This document shows positions 26,471 through 39,100 of a DNA stretch of 64,000 nt, piece after piece. The notes under the pieces are model-generated. The model searched no databases and was not told where the DNA came from. It saw only the letters and a program-made list of their open reading frames with translations. The stretch is taken from positions 526,882 through 590,881 of the forward strand of contig NIVC01000236.1 in the NCBI GenBank assembly GCA_002269645.1, given 5' to 3'. Each line of letters starts with the position of its first letter. Positions within the stretch are counted from its first letter, which is position 1. Source of the stretch: Macrostomum lignano. Lineage: Eukaryota. The translations under genes and the position numbers were made by a program.

Positions 26471-27350
26471 TCCTGAGCAGTCTTGACTTACTTGACTTAG
26501 CTGCAGGGCTGTCCTGTGCTCAAAATCAATTTCCCAAGAGTTAGTGCTCTCCCCGTGAGCAAATGCTCGGTGGCTGAGTAGAGACTCGCTTCAGTATTAA
26601 TAAACTCTGGTCATAGACAAATTGTCTTGAGATCTTGCTCAGCAAAAGTTGAGTCTCCTCTGTAGTAGACTCACTGGTTGAGCAGCATCCAGCCACTGCT
26701 TTGAAAGTGAATCTTCCAGCCACTGCCTGCCACTGGCTACTTGTGTTATTCCAGATGGCCGAATTCATTCCAGACAGAGTGCCAGCGGAGCAAAAACTAT
26801 ATATGGAGCGACACAGTATGGACGTGTATCGGACGATGAGTATAAGCGGCTCTTTCGTTTCCCTCGTGAAAGCGTTGGGTTTCTGGGATCTCGTCGTCGT
26901 CAGTTTCTACCGGGCCCATCTCTGTTGAATTCCTGTTGAAATCAAACTAACGCAAAGCTAAGCTAAGTCTACTTCTACTTCGAGACAGACGCTAGGATGA
27001 AAAGATAAGACGATGTATCCCCACTCGCCCCGGGCGAACGTCTATGGTCTCAGTGTAAATTTCATTTATTTGCATCGGTACAAATAAATGGTTTATTTCA
27101 CTCGCCCAAAGACAATATGAAACGCTGCTTCTATAACTGCTCACTTGGCTACATAGAGAGAATTGTATAGAAATTCTGCTATAGACCATAGACATTCTTC
27201 AACGTGGGGGCACGTAGGATATAAAATTAACATAGAATCCTAATTTTAAAAACAAAAGCCTAATGATTATGAAATAGAGCTATAAGAAAGGCAAGACATA
27301 AAAATATAATCCATAATATGAAAAGTCTGCCTCCTAAAGCAATGGTAGAT

Positions 27351-28310
27351 TGTGTAGTATGTATTAGGCTAATATAGGATTTTTCGTTTGATTTCATAAA
27401 ATTGTCATTTGATTTCGTCCATAGAAGTTGGCAGCGCGGCCATAGAGTCTATGGCAATAAAGTGCGCTGTTTTCCGATTGAATTCATAACTTTGCCACTA
27501 ATTAATTTCGACATACCCAGTAGAAAGGCAACCGAAAAGTCGATGCGCTTGTCCAGTACAGAAAGAACTGTTAAAAACAGAAAGCTGTGTATTTAAGTCA
27601 CATGAGGAAGTAGGCAGTTGCAACAGTGAAATCAGTTATGTCCGCCAAAGTTAATGCTCGTTCGCTGCAACAAGCTACAAATTTCACATTATCTGCTGCT
27701 CATTGATGCACAGGGGCAGAAACCGCATCACATGTCGTTCCCAGGCAAGGCACTTCGCGGCGGAAATTTCCTCTCGTGCAACGTAGCCGCAGCGGAAAAG
27801 CACCATGAGTCTCCACTGCGTTAGGTTGATGCCATCAGGCGGATTGCTAAGTTCCTGTTGAAGCTCAGGTGTTGCTAGCTGGCGTTTAAGCGAAGCCTTG
27901 AGACAACTGTGTGCCTGCTTCGCGGCGTTAAGAAATGGAGAGTACGGTGGCAGAGTTCGCAGTTGAATACGATTGGCCGCGTTTATACGTTTCCAATGGA
28001 CGCGTATGCAGCCATTTTTAGGCACACAAGGAAGGTGACTGTTGCCCAAGAAGAGGACACGTTCATATAGGGTTTTCATTTCTATGAGAGGTTTGGCCAT
28101 AGATATTCACCCACTGGTATCCCAGCCCCCTCTGACAGTGTTTGAGTCACTCCGCGCGTCAAGTCGAAATGAAGTGGCAAAGTTATGAATTCAATCGGAA
28201 AACAGCGCACTTTTTTGCCATAGACTCTATGGCCGCGCTGCCAACTTCTATGGACAAAATCAAATGACAATTTTATGAAATCAAACGAAAAATCCTATAC
28301 ATACTACACA
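27351..28310 (-). mobile_element. Internally deleted Tc1/IS630-type element
   Basis: TIRs of about 150 bp (27351-27510 and 28163-28310). ORF 28100-27684 contains IQLRTLPPYSPFLNAAKQAHSCLK, the C-terminal DDE region. Confidence 0.85.
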
Positions 28311-28699
28311 CGCTCATTACTCTATGGCCAAGAGTCCCGCGATCATTACGTACCGCATAGATGTTTTCATTTCGTACTGCTTAGAATTGTCTCGAAGGAC
28401 TGGCCATAAACAATTTTTAGAGCTTGGATAGAATTTCTAGAGATGAGTAGAAGAGTAGAGGGCATACGGTCGACCATGCATAGACCAAGACTAAAGACTC
28501 GATCTTTAAGGGTCTGTTTTCTAAGGCACGACAAGAGAAATTTCACGCTTGTCTCAAGATGGCTTTGATCAATTGGAAACATCTTTCCTGCGAATCGTTG
28601 GACATGGAGTTAGCGACTGTGAACTGAGCTCTATTACTGAGCTAAGAATTATACTGATCACCACGACGACACCGATCTACAGAATTTTATTGGCTTCCT

Positions 28700-28970
28700 T
28701 TACGAATCTACAGGCAAACTCTGAAGATTATGTTTCCGGAGTCAAATTGCCAGAATTACCAGAGTCTGTTGCTGCCGACATAGACAATTAAAGTCGAGTT
28801 AGACTTGTTACCGCGCTTCACCCAAGAACAAATGATGCAAAAGGGAGGACGATTCATTGACTTCATCCGCAAGCATACGGCCGAAGAAGTACAAAGCATG
28901 ACAAACGAGAAGCTAGGAGAGTATCTTCGTTTCTATTACTTTGGACTAAAGAAATCTGATGGAAGTGTTA
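28700..28970 (+). pseudogene. Crypton/DUF3504-associated (tyrosine-recombinase N-terminal) remnant
   Basis: SMTNEKLGEYLRFYYFGLKKSDGS resembles the L..FY.E.RKKDG motif of Crypton/KCTD1-type proteins. Frameshifted. Confidence 0.45.
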
Positions 28971-29167
28971 TACTGATCATATTGCAGTGTCTGATATACG
29001 CATATTTCATATATACATGTATGTATTCTCAAATGCCTAGTGTATTTATGGTCCCTTCTGTTAAATAAACTGTTTTGTCTATGGTTGAAATGCGCGTAGG
29101 AAGCCTGAAATAATGGTGTTCCTTGGAAAATCATTATGACTCGGGTAGGCCATAGAATAATGATAGA

Positions 29168-29278
29168 TTGTGTATATGGTTTTGGAGGTAGCTCGTAGAC
29201 AATGATAAAATTTTCACGAGTGGCGAAGCCACGAGTGACTAAAATTTATCATTGTCTATGACAAAACCATATACACAA
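29168..29278. repeat. Imperfect hairpin of about 110 bp
   Basis: Arms TTGTGTATATGGTTTT..TAGACAATGATAAA and TTTATCATTGTCTA..AAAACCATATACACAA around ACGAGTGGCGAAGCCACGAGTG. Confidence 0.8.
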
Positions 29279-30170
29279 ACACATTGTCTCATGAATGTAT
29301 TTTTAGAAGCCTAAAATAATGATTCCTAAGCGTGGAATAATGAGCGTACAGCATGACACAATGATAATTTTTGTGCTGAAGAAATGAAATGTACGAGTAT
29401 AAAACGTTTTTCGGTGAAAATGGCCTCCTAAAATTTTTCCAAGAACCGTAGTTTGTATTCCTTTTACTTGAATAGTCCTTTTACTCAATTAATTTCTTAG
29501 ATAAAATGCTGGGAGACAGGTAAATGAAAGTATTTCTGTCGTATCGCTAAGTGCAGTTAGTATCTAGAGCACTTTAGCTGAATGGGGTTTCGCCCCATTT
29601 TCTAATCTGCGCTAGAAAAATCCGATTTCTTTTGAGCGAAATTAATTGTATCGGTTGTACAAAGACTCTATTGACCAAACATGTTCATTCTGACACATGT
29701 ACTTAATAATTTTTAAAATCCCGGAATTGTTTCACTTTTAGAAATTTTAACACTCTTGCACCATTCTTATGTAAATAGTAAAAAATCAGCAAAAAGCAAA
29801 ATAACTTTTATTGGGATAATACATTTCATAATTATTCATTGATATTTTGATCTTTCAACTGATCTAGAAAACGAAAAGGCGCAAATTCATGTTACTGGTC
29901 ATGCGGCAATTTTATTATTAATAATAAAGAATTGTTTATTAAATTCGTTAAGCTAGGAATGAAGTTTCGCTCCCTTAGAAAAGTTTTTGGTGCTTGTACT
30001 GTCTTATGGGTAAGTAAGAATAATTATTTTCTGAAATTCTTTACTAATTACTTAAATAGAGTTAAATTCTTTCATTTTGCATTGCCTGTTTCTGCTGTTT
30101 TTTTATTGTAGAGCCTTAGATGGTCATTTTAATTTTTAAGGAGTGTCAATGAATGACAATATTTCTGGAA

Positions 30171-33100
30171 ATGAATAACCGGCACCAACAAGACTACCAA
30201 CAACTGTATCCTTTCTAACTAGGGCCTAACTTTCTATTATTAACTGCTGCGAAATTAACTTCATGTTAAACTGTTAACCCTTACAGTTTGTAATTGATTT
30301 TTCAATAATCTTTTTTGCTTTTATTCTACTACTATTAATAATACTAAAGATTATTTATTTGGTTAACCAACAAGCAACATATTAATAGTTAATAACTTTG
30401 AACAAACTGACTTACTTTAATACCTACTAATTGATTTAGGATGGTTCTTAGTCTTAGAAATATATTTCTAGAATTATTTGGTTAGCTATTAGTATTAGTT
30501 AGATTATAATAATGAATGTCTATTTGTTAAGTATTGTATGCTTAAGTTGTCTTAAGAACTTTAAAATTTAATTTTGCAATATACTAGGAGTTGACTTTAA
30601 TTCTACCACCAAGCTACAAGTTATGATAAAGATGTTTTTTCTTACTATAAGTATCTTAAAACTTAAAAGATATGTATGTATGTGCATAGTAGTTCAACTT
30701 AAAAAAATAAAGAGCAACCTGTGCTCAAATTCATATCTATGGCCAAGCCATAGCATCTTCCCCCTTTAGTTAATTCTGTTCAGGTCACGTCCTAGTCAGC
30801 CTTTCCCAATTAGGTCCTGTAGAAAACTCTTGGTTTCTATCTCAGTCTTTGGCTACGCCTTGGTTTGGGGCTGCACTCTGGCTCCGGTGATTGTGTTGGC
30901 TTGTCCAACTCAGCAATCTTTTCTGGTAGCGACTCCTAGGCCTGGTCCTAATTGACTTGTAGGGGTCTCTGGTCTGTAGCCTATTCACCCTTTGGCTCAT
31001 CTTGCCAAAATGGTAGCAATTAATTGAAGTGTGCCTTTTTGAACTTTGGATTTCTTTGTCCGTCTTGATCATTGCCATGCTTCTCCCTATTAGGAGAACA
31101 ATCTTGGCTGGAATGGGTGCGTCGTGCAAGTTTTTGTAGAAAACCTCGTCCTGTAGGTTCACCTCTCTGGTAGTGAAGGGAACTTGCAACTTCTGACTAA
31201 ACATGAGCTCTGCTGGAGATTCTCCTGCCCTGTTGCTAGATGATCAGTAGAATAGAAAAATGCAATCGATGGTCTTTTGGCTGAATCCATTCACTTTTAT
31301 TCCTTCTTTGATTGTATGAACGAAGCACATTGCAGTACCATTACTTTGCGGATAGTAGGCAGATGATGTCAGATGTGCGCAATCAATCCCTTTGAACCAT
31401 TCAGTGAACTCGTGACTCACAAAACTTGGACCATTATCAGATATAAGCATGCAAGGAATTCCAAATTGAGCAAATGTTCTCCTAAGTCTCTGTATTACTG
31501 TTCAGGCTGTCATGTCATTTCTGATATGCACCTCCAGGTATCCAGAGAATGAGTCCATAATCACCAACAGATATTGTCCCTAAATCAGGCCAGCAAAATC
31601 AATATGGTTGCAATCTCATGGTCCTGATGTCTCTGGCTACAAAGTGTAAAAATTTTGATTAGACAGCTTTGCCATTTGACATATCTGACACTTATTGATA
31701 GCACTTTCTATGTCCTTATCTATTGCTGGCCACCAGAACTCTATCCTTGCTAGCAATTTCAATCTGGCAATACTCCCTATAGAAAAGTTGTAAATCCGCG
31801 GACAGCGTCCGACGCACTTTAGAAATTTTTTTAAAGTGCGGTGCACGCACAGGCGCGCAGTGCCTGCATGCGCTGCCTTTTCTTGCTGGCTACTGCTCTA
31901 GCAAATACATATGCATGGAAAGGGGTCATCTAATACCTCTGTGGAAGGGGCCTATACACTTATAATTTATAAAGCTTAGAGATGTTCCAAAATTTCAATT
32001 TGAATTTTCCAAAATTAGAATTTTTATTAAGAGCAAATTTCAATTTCGAATAAAATTAGAACTTAAAATTTGGAAGCGTCTAAAAAATTGCTAAATATAT
32101 ACTAATTTCTGCTACATATACATGTATTTCATTTTGCATAAGCAGTAAATTGAATGTAAAAAGTGAGCATTGGTCATACTAAACTTTGTTTTTCTGCATT
32201 TTGATTTTGGAAAATTTCAATTTTGAATTTGGAAAGTTAACAAATTTTGATTTCAAGGAAACTGCTCTTTCAGGACATCTCTAATAATCCTAAAGCGCGG
32301 GAAAATAATTTGACTTTATTCTAAAGCACGCGTCTGCGGGTTTTCAACATTTATTCTAATAGGGGCAATACTAAGGTGGGTCTAGTGAACTAACTGCCTT
32401 GATTGCTCTAGCTCTCAGTGATCTTGGAATAACCATTCATTGTCCTTGTAGAATCACTCCAGCTTGCGTACTCAACTTTCCCTAGACATACTTATGAAGT
32501 TCCTTGGCACTGAAATCCTCCTGGACAATGGCCTTCCAGAGCTGAGACATTTCAGTGCATCTTCGTGTGGCTGAATTAACTTCCCTGTACGATAAAAGAT
32601 TCTCTGGCAGGTCCACATGGCCTATCTCCAGCGTTGTTTTGTTCTCTTGTGCAATCACCATTCGGGACAGAGCATCAGATATCATGTTTTTTGTTGATTG
32701 ATACTCGATCTTGTAATCATATGCTGTCAGGAAGATGGCCCATCTCTGCAGTCTAGCCAAAACTTGCACTGGAAGTTCCTGGTCTGCTGCTAGTAAGAAG
32801 ATGATTGGCCTGTGATCTGTAATCTGTTATGTCCTAAGACAGACCAGCCAGCTTCGTCTCGCACTCTGTACAAGCAGGGAAACTCAGCCCCAGTCCTGCT
32901 GCTTGCCAACCCACTATTGCACAAATGCGCAGGCAGTAGGCTGGCAACCAGGGTCGCAGCAAATGCACAGGCCCTGGTGACGATAACCTAATCAGGGGCT
33001 AAGATCTGAGGAAAGTTGACCATTGGTTTTGGGATAGAAACTTTAACATGTTGCTAAGTGTATATAGTTTTTATATCTATACATGTAGCATTGTCTAAAT

Positions 33101-36100
33101 AATTAAGGACTATTATATAAACTTAAGCTCATAAATTAGTCTCTAAATTTCTCCTTGCTTGTTCTCTCCTATCCTAGGTCTAATTTTTTCACTGCCAAAT
33201 CCAGTTTATTGATGTCACTATAAGCAAAATGACATAAATTTGTATACATAGGTTACTTGGGCTCCACTTTATGAGCTCAAGTTGATAGGCCCTTTATATC
33301 TATCTTGAGAAAGTGAAATTTTGAAGCTTGATTTTGCTCCAAAAGCTTAATATGCATAACATAGCTTTTTTAAACAAAACTAGGAAAAATACCAAATGTG
33401 TTGTTGATAGTAGAAAAATCATATACAATTGTAGTATAAATATGAAGCATCAAAAGATTAGAATAAAAGTAGGAATTTCAAAGTGGCAAGTTGCAATATT
33501 TAAAAAAAGCTAACATGATGAAACAACATTATTTGACAATCTAGAAGCAAAATCATATTAGCTATATAATTCTACTTATTCTACTTTAAAAAATAGAATA
33601 GTTCTACTTAAAAAAAACTTAAAGATATTATTTTTGGCCATGCTTTTTTAGCCTTTATATAAATTTTCTATAATACAAATAGTTCAATTCAGGCTCTTGT
33701 TGAAGGCATTGCATTTAAACTAATTTTAAATTTGCCTTTGTACTATTGCAAACTACTATATATTGCATTATATTCATACATTATTTGACAACAATATGCT
33801 CAACTCAACATGCGCATCATGACAACCCTTGTATTTAAAAGTGTGCCAGATAAATGGTTATAAAGCTATCATACAAATCTGACCATGTTTTCGAAAGTTC
33901 TTTCTTTTCCTTAACTGCCAAAATTAACTAACTCTCCAAACAGCCCTTATATACAAGGTGAGATATTGAGATTCAATTTCTTTCTATATTGATTTTCATA
34001 ATTTTACAAACTTGATATATTCTATTCATTTAGGTCCTTATCAAACGGAATTTCAAGAGGGAAATCGTGCACACTTGGTAAGCAACCAAATTTGTGTAGT
34101 ACTTTTATTTTCATACAATACTTACATTACCCATGGCTGATGAGTTGTGGTCATAATTGTGGTAACAGCACCAACTCTGCTCTGGAGAACTTGGAGGTTG
34201 CAGCACAGCATTTTGCCACTTTCACCTGCAGGCTCAGAACTATCGGTATTCACAGGGACAGCCGCAGTCCCAGGTGATCTATGGCCAGAACCCAAATGCC
34301 GCCTACCAGCAGCAGGGAGCCGGCTCTCTTCAGCCTGGCTGGCCAGCTGGCAACATGCCAGGCCAGTTTCCGCCCAGCTCGATGCAGCAGCAGTACATGG
34401 CGCCGTATGTGCAGCAGCCTGTTCAGCCAATGATGCACATGCAGCACCCGCAAGTTCCGCCAGGCTATGTGAGTTAAAAACAGACTGTTGGAGTTGTGTA
34501 TATCAGCGAGGACAAATCATTTGAGGTGGGGGCGGCTTCGATTTGGTCTCCGGTGGGATTGTCCGGTGTTCTCTTCATACATGCGCAACTTTGGGAATCA
34601 CCCGGCCGTTTCTATTGGCAACACGCACATGTAAGTCGCTATTGGCTGATACCAGTCACGTGACTACTTTTCCGTCCAATAGCGACTTACATGTGTGTGT
34701 TGCCAATAGAAACGGCCGAGTGAATCCCAAGGTTGCGCCCAAGCATGGTTCTCTTGATTTAATGTTGAGTTTGAGCGGCTCAGGCCTTCGAATTGGCGCC
34801 GTCGTCAGTTCGCACTAATTAAATCCGGAAAATTTGCGTGGACGAATCCCGATAGAAATGTCTCGAAGTTTACTCCGTCTGCCGGGGTCCTCAATCCCGG
34901 GGGGAGGGTAGTTTAGTCGTAGGCGAGCGGTCTTCGTTTGGCGCGAGCGTTCATATGCGGGTCCTCAGACACCGAATTCAATGTACCTCGTATGCTTGCT
35001 TTGTTACTAACAGTAGAGTAGCGCTGCCACCACCGTAATCCGCGTATTACGGAACGTAGAAGTCTCAGAGCTTGCTTCGAGATGAGACTGGGTTATTTTA
35101 CGCCCCTCGGGCAAATGACTCAAGATAAGCTATGGCTTTTAATCCAGGCACGGAGAAATAACTGTAGTAGATTGCTGCGGACTTATTAAAAGGCTGAATA
35201 ATTGAAAACTGATTAAGTTATTATTTTATTATTTAATTAGAACGACGAGCTATGAAAACGGTGGTGCCGCGAGGGCGACTATAAATTAGCAACTATTAAT
35301 GAAAGGATTTACTAGCAGTGCACAGGTAATGAGTCAAAGTAAGGTTAAACTAAGCACAAGAAGGAGAAGGAGACGGATAACGAACAAAACAACAAGAAGG
35401 GGTGAATTAAACTTTCCTCGCATCATAGTATTTATAATAGTAAGCAGAACATTTAGTGGCATCGTAGGTACAGAAAAAGGAAAGATGGTTATTAAACTAA
35501 ACCATAACGTCATAATTATGAGCATAAGAAAATTAGCACTGGGGAGATGGGCAAAAACAACAAGTTCAAAAAAGGGGCACGGTGGCCAGAACCGGGGAAC
35601 CAAGGGTCAGAACCAGGGAGCGGGAGATGACGGAAGGGTGACGTCAGGGCAGCACCATAAGGTGGACGGAGGAGGGCCAAACCCGGGACAACGGCAAAAA
35701 TAACGAACAGAAACGGAACGAAGATTAAATTTCAAAAAGGTCAGTGGGGGGCTCATCCTACCACACATTAGAAGCACGAGGAATTGTTTCTTAGAAACTG
35801 TTTAGGGGCTGCACTAGCTAGCTAAGAAAATGCTCAAATTTTGAGAATATTCTGAAAATATTCAGCAACAGCTCAGGAGCAAGAACTCCTGAGCAAATGC
35901 TCATGAGCTCTTGCTCACTTTATTCATGCAGACCAGAGTCGATGCTTGAGTTTGAGCAACTGCTTACTAGCTTTATTCATACAGCCTTATGTTTTTAGAA
36001 ATTTTTTGGAGCTGCAAAGCAATACACTAAGAACACTTATTCTGCTTGATCTGAAAAAGCTATTTGAGTTTATTTTTTCGCAAGACGATTTTAAGCTGTA

Positions 36101-39100
36101 TGATAAGCAATCGGGTGTTTTGCCAATGTTATTGCTCCTTCTAGGCTCAAATTCAGAATCACGTTGTCTACTTTCAGGCTGCTTATTTACGTCAGCATCC
36201 ACGGTATTGAGTAGATCAGGTGGTTTGTCCGGTTTTTGGTCGTTCTACCTCCTCCAAATTTGGGCTTTGAGTCATCATGTCCGACGGATAAACCAAGATC
36301 AATTTCGACTGTCTGCAAAGGTATTAGGTCTTAGCAGCAATTTTAGTATATTAGATATGCTCCAGAACCTTGGTTGATAAAGACGTCGCCGAATACGAGA
36401 AACTTATGATCTTTGTTCATCGCAATGTCTACAGTAACGCGTTCGAGAAATGCCTCAAAGTCGGCCCAGCTACTCTTACTTAGATTGGCAGTTACTGTCC
36501 TCCATTCTGTATGCGGAAGTTTCTGCTTTTCTTCGAGCAGCTGCTCATACCCGCCTCGTCACCGTTTCTTCCATTAAAGAAAAAATTCCTGAACATGGGG
36601 CTTCGAAATGTGATAATTTCTATTGAGATTGAAGCCCACTCACCCTGTCCACACAGCCGCAAATGCAGCCGTGGAACGCCATGGCCAACTACCCCGGCTC
36701 CAACCCGCAAACCTACGGCATTCCGGCGATGCAGCAGCAGCCGCCGCCGCCGCATCATCAGCAGCCAAATCCGGCATATCCTCAGCAGTTCGTGCCTGGC
36801 GCCTACGCTAGCGGCACTCGGCCTCAGACTGGTCAGCTGCACTCCAGGGCTCAGTTCCACCCGTCCGGGCCCGGCCCTGAGCAGCACCAGCCTGCGCCAC
36901 AGCAGCAGCAGAATCCGAACACTAAGGAGGTGCACATGGATAAACCAGCGACTTCAACTAGCGCCGCCGGTTCCGCAGCCGCCGACACTCACCAGCCGTC
37001 GCCACCACCGCCGCAGCTAAGCGGGCCAGCGCATCGGCCCAGTCGCGGACTGACAATCGAGAAGCCGCCGGCCGATGGCCAGACGGTTCAGAAGGACCTC
37101 CTCAAGCTGCGGGCCACCGCTAAGCCAGCGACAGCAGCAGCCCAACAGCCGACATCCACGACACCTGCTGCCCCACACGCTGCCGCCGCTACCGTCGAGC
37201 CGCACCCAGCCGCCCTTTCAGCAGCAGTGTTCGCTCCCGCCGCCCAGCCCGAGTCGAACTCCATTAAGCTTTCACCGCTAGTTCAACCAAATTTCAAGCC
37301 GGAGCCGTCGACTAAGCTGGACAAGAAGCTGAAGTACGACCGAGACTTTCTGCTGAGCCTGCAGTTCACTGACTTAAGCTGCCAACGGCCCCAGCTGCCG
37401 GGCGACATTCCTGAGCTGCTGCCCAGAAGCGACTCTGTAAGTGCTTGTGAATTAGCCAGTTGGGTTATACAGTACAATGTGTCTGCACCTGCACATCAAA
37501 AATTTCAAAATTGTGGTTAGGATTTTACATAAGCAATTTATTGCTTTGACGTGGCCAATATGTTTATCTTTTTACTTTATCATAAAAATAAGGCCAACAG
37601 CGAGTGGACCGCAATAACGACGACTCACAAGGCACAGAAAATGGACGCTCACAAGATGGTCGTCGGCAGCAACCAGGAGCAGGGCCAGTCACAGACTCGG
37701 CTCGGCTATGCGACCTCTCAGGTCCCGGCGCGCTGTCCACCCGCCCTGGAGGCGTCGTCAAGAAAGGAACTTACATACTCGTATTTGCAAGAAGAATGTT
37801 GTCAGCCTTTTTCGGAACTGGTCAGGATTTTGCCTTTTGCTCACTTGGTTTTCGAAACTCTTGAGTTATAGCAATCGACTGGTAATTGTCATTTATTTTG
37901 CAGCAGTGCTTCAAGTCTGAGGCAGATGTTGACTTCAGCGGTTGCCCAGTGACTCCTGATGCCGAAGAGCTGGCCGAAATCGGGCTCAAGATTCGACCGA
38001 TATTCGAGTCTCTTGATCAGTCTAACTTGGAGTCCAGCTTGCAGCAACTGAAGAGCTTTTATGAGCTCATGACACTGGCTGGTCTCTGGGCCTGCGCTGA
38101 CGCAGTCTACCAGAAGGTCAGCGTTTAATTTATTTTGAACTCCTAAATGTGTCTTTCTTACCTTACCTCACCTCATAACTCTTGGAAGTTGGAAACTGAT
38201 CAGCGTGCAAGAATTTTCGGCTTTTCTTTCTTTGCTACTCGTTTAGTAGGCGATCTAGTTTGTGATTAACTTTTCTGTTGTTTTTTTGCGACAGGCAACA
38301 GGGAAAAGGTCCGACGCAGGCTTGTGCGCCGAGTTCAGCAGCCAGCTGGTCCATGTAAGTTGAGCATTTCTGAACCTGTAATGCTGTTCTTTGTATATCT
38401 TGTTATGATGCTGTCTTCTATCCGGCCACGATCTTTTTGTAGTTGAAGGCAAATTTTCAAGGTGCGTCGAATGATGGCCACTGGCAGTTTGTCAGCTTTA
38501 AGTCCCTGCTGATGCACAAGTGCCAAGAGGCGTTGCGAGCTCCTTTGATTGAGCAGTTGGCGCGAGTGGCAGCTCATTGGCAGTCGAAGATTGACGCGGA
38601 GGTCTCGGATGACGGCAAGAAAGTGTTGGAGGAGCGGACAGACGAACAGGTGAAGGACGCGAGGACCCGGTACTACGGCAATATAGTGTGAGTTCGTGCA
38701 GATGATGACCTGTCAGATTTGTGTTGCGCAAGCATTGATAAGTTAAGGAGAATAAATACTTATAATCCTTCTGTATTGCCAAAAAGCTTCTGAACTTTTG
38801 TATGTAAGTTAGTCACGATACAACAGGACGGACTGTAACTGAGCTTGAATTTCGGTTATTTGTCGGTCTTGTTAGTCTTGCTAGTCAGGTTGCACATGAG
38901 GTCATGAGTCATGTGAAATAATGAGACAGCTCTTCTGGTCCAGAAAGTGAGAAGATGATCAATTCGTGCAAACAAACCATAATTCCGATCCCCCGATCTT
39001 TCCATTACATTGACTTTACAGTTTCGTTGGCGAGCTCTACCTTCGAGGAGTCCTGCCGGTTGCCGAGGTGCACCGCGGCATCCAGTCGCTGCTGAAGTCG

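Larger units (their letters stand above)
30206..33943 (+). promoter_or_regulatory. U12-type GT-AG intron signals
   Basis: 5' splice site GTATCCTTT at 30206 and branch site TTCCTTAAC at about 33907-33915. Both are conserved in paralogue B (minus strand, 3646 and about 1876-1884). Confidence 0.8.

Noticed and set aside
35299-36377. ORFs 35299-35703, 35334-35603 and 35946-36377 as genes
   Set aside because: They lie in LTR or intron sequence with biased composition, have no recognisable motifs, and have no counterpart in paralogue B.
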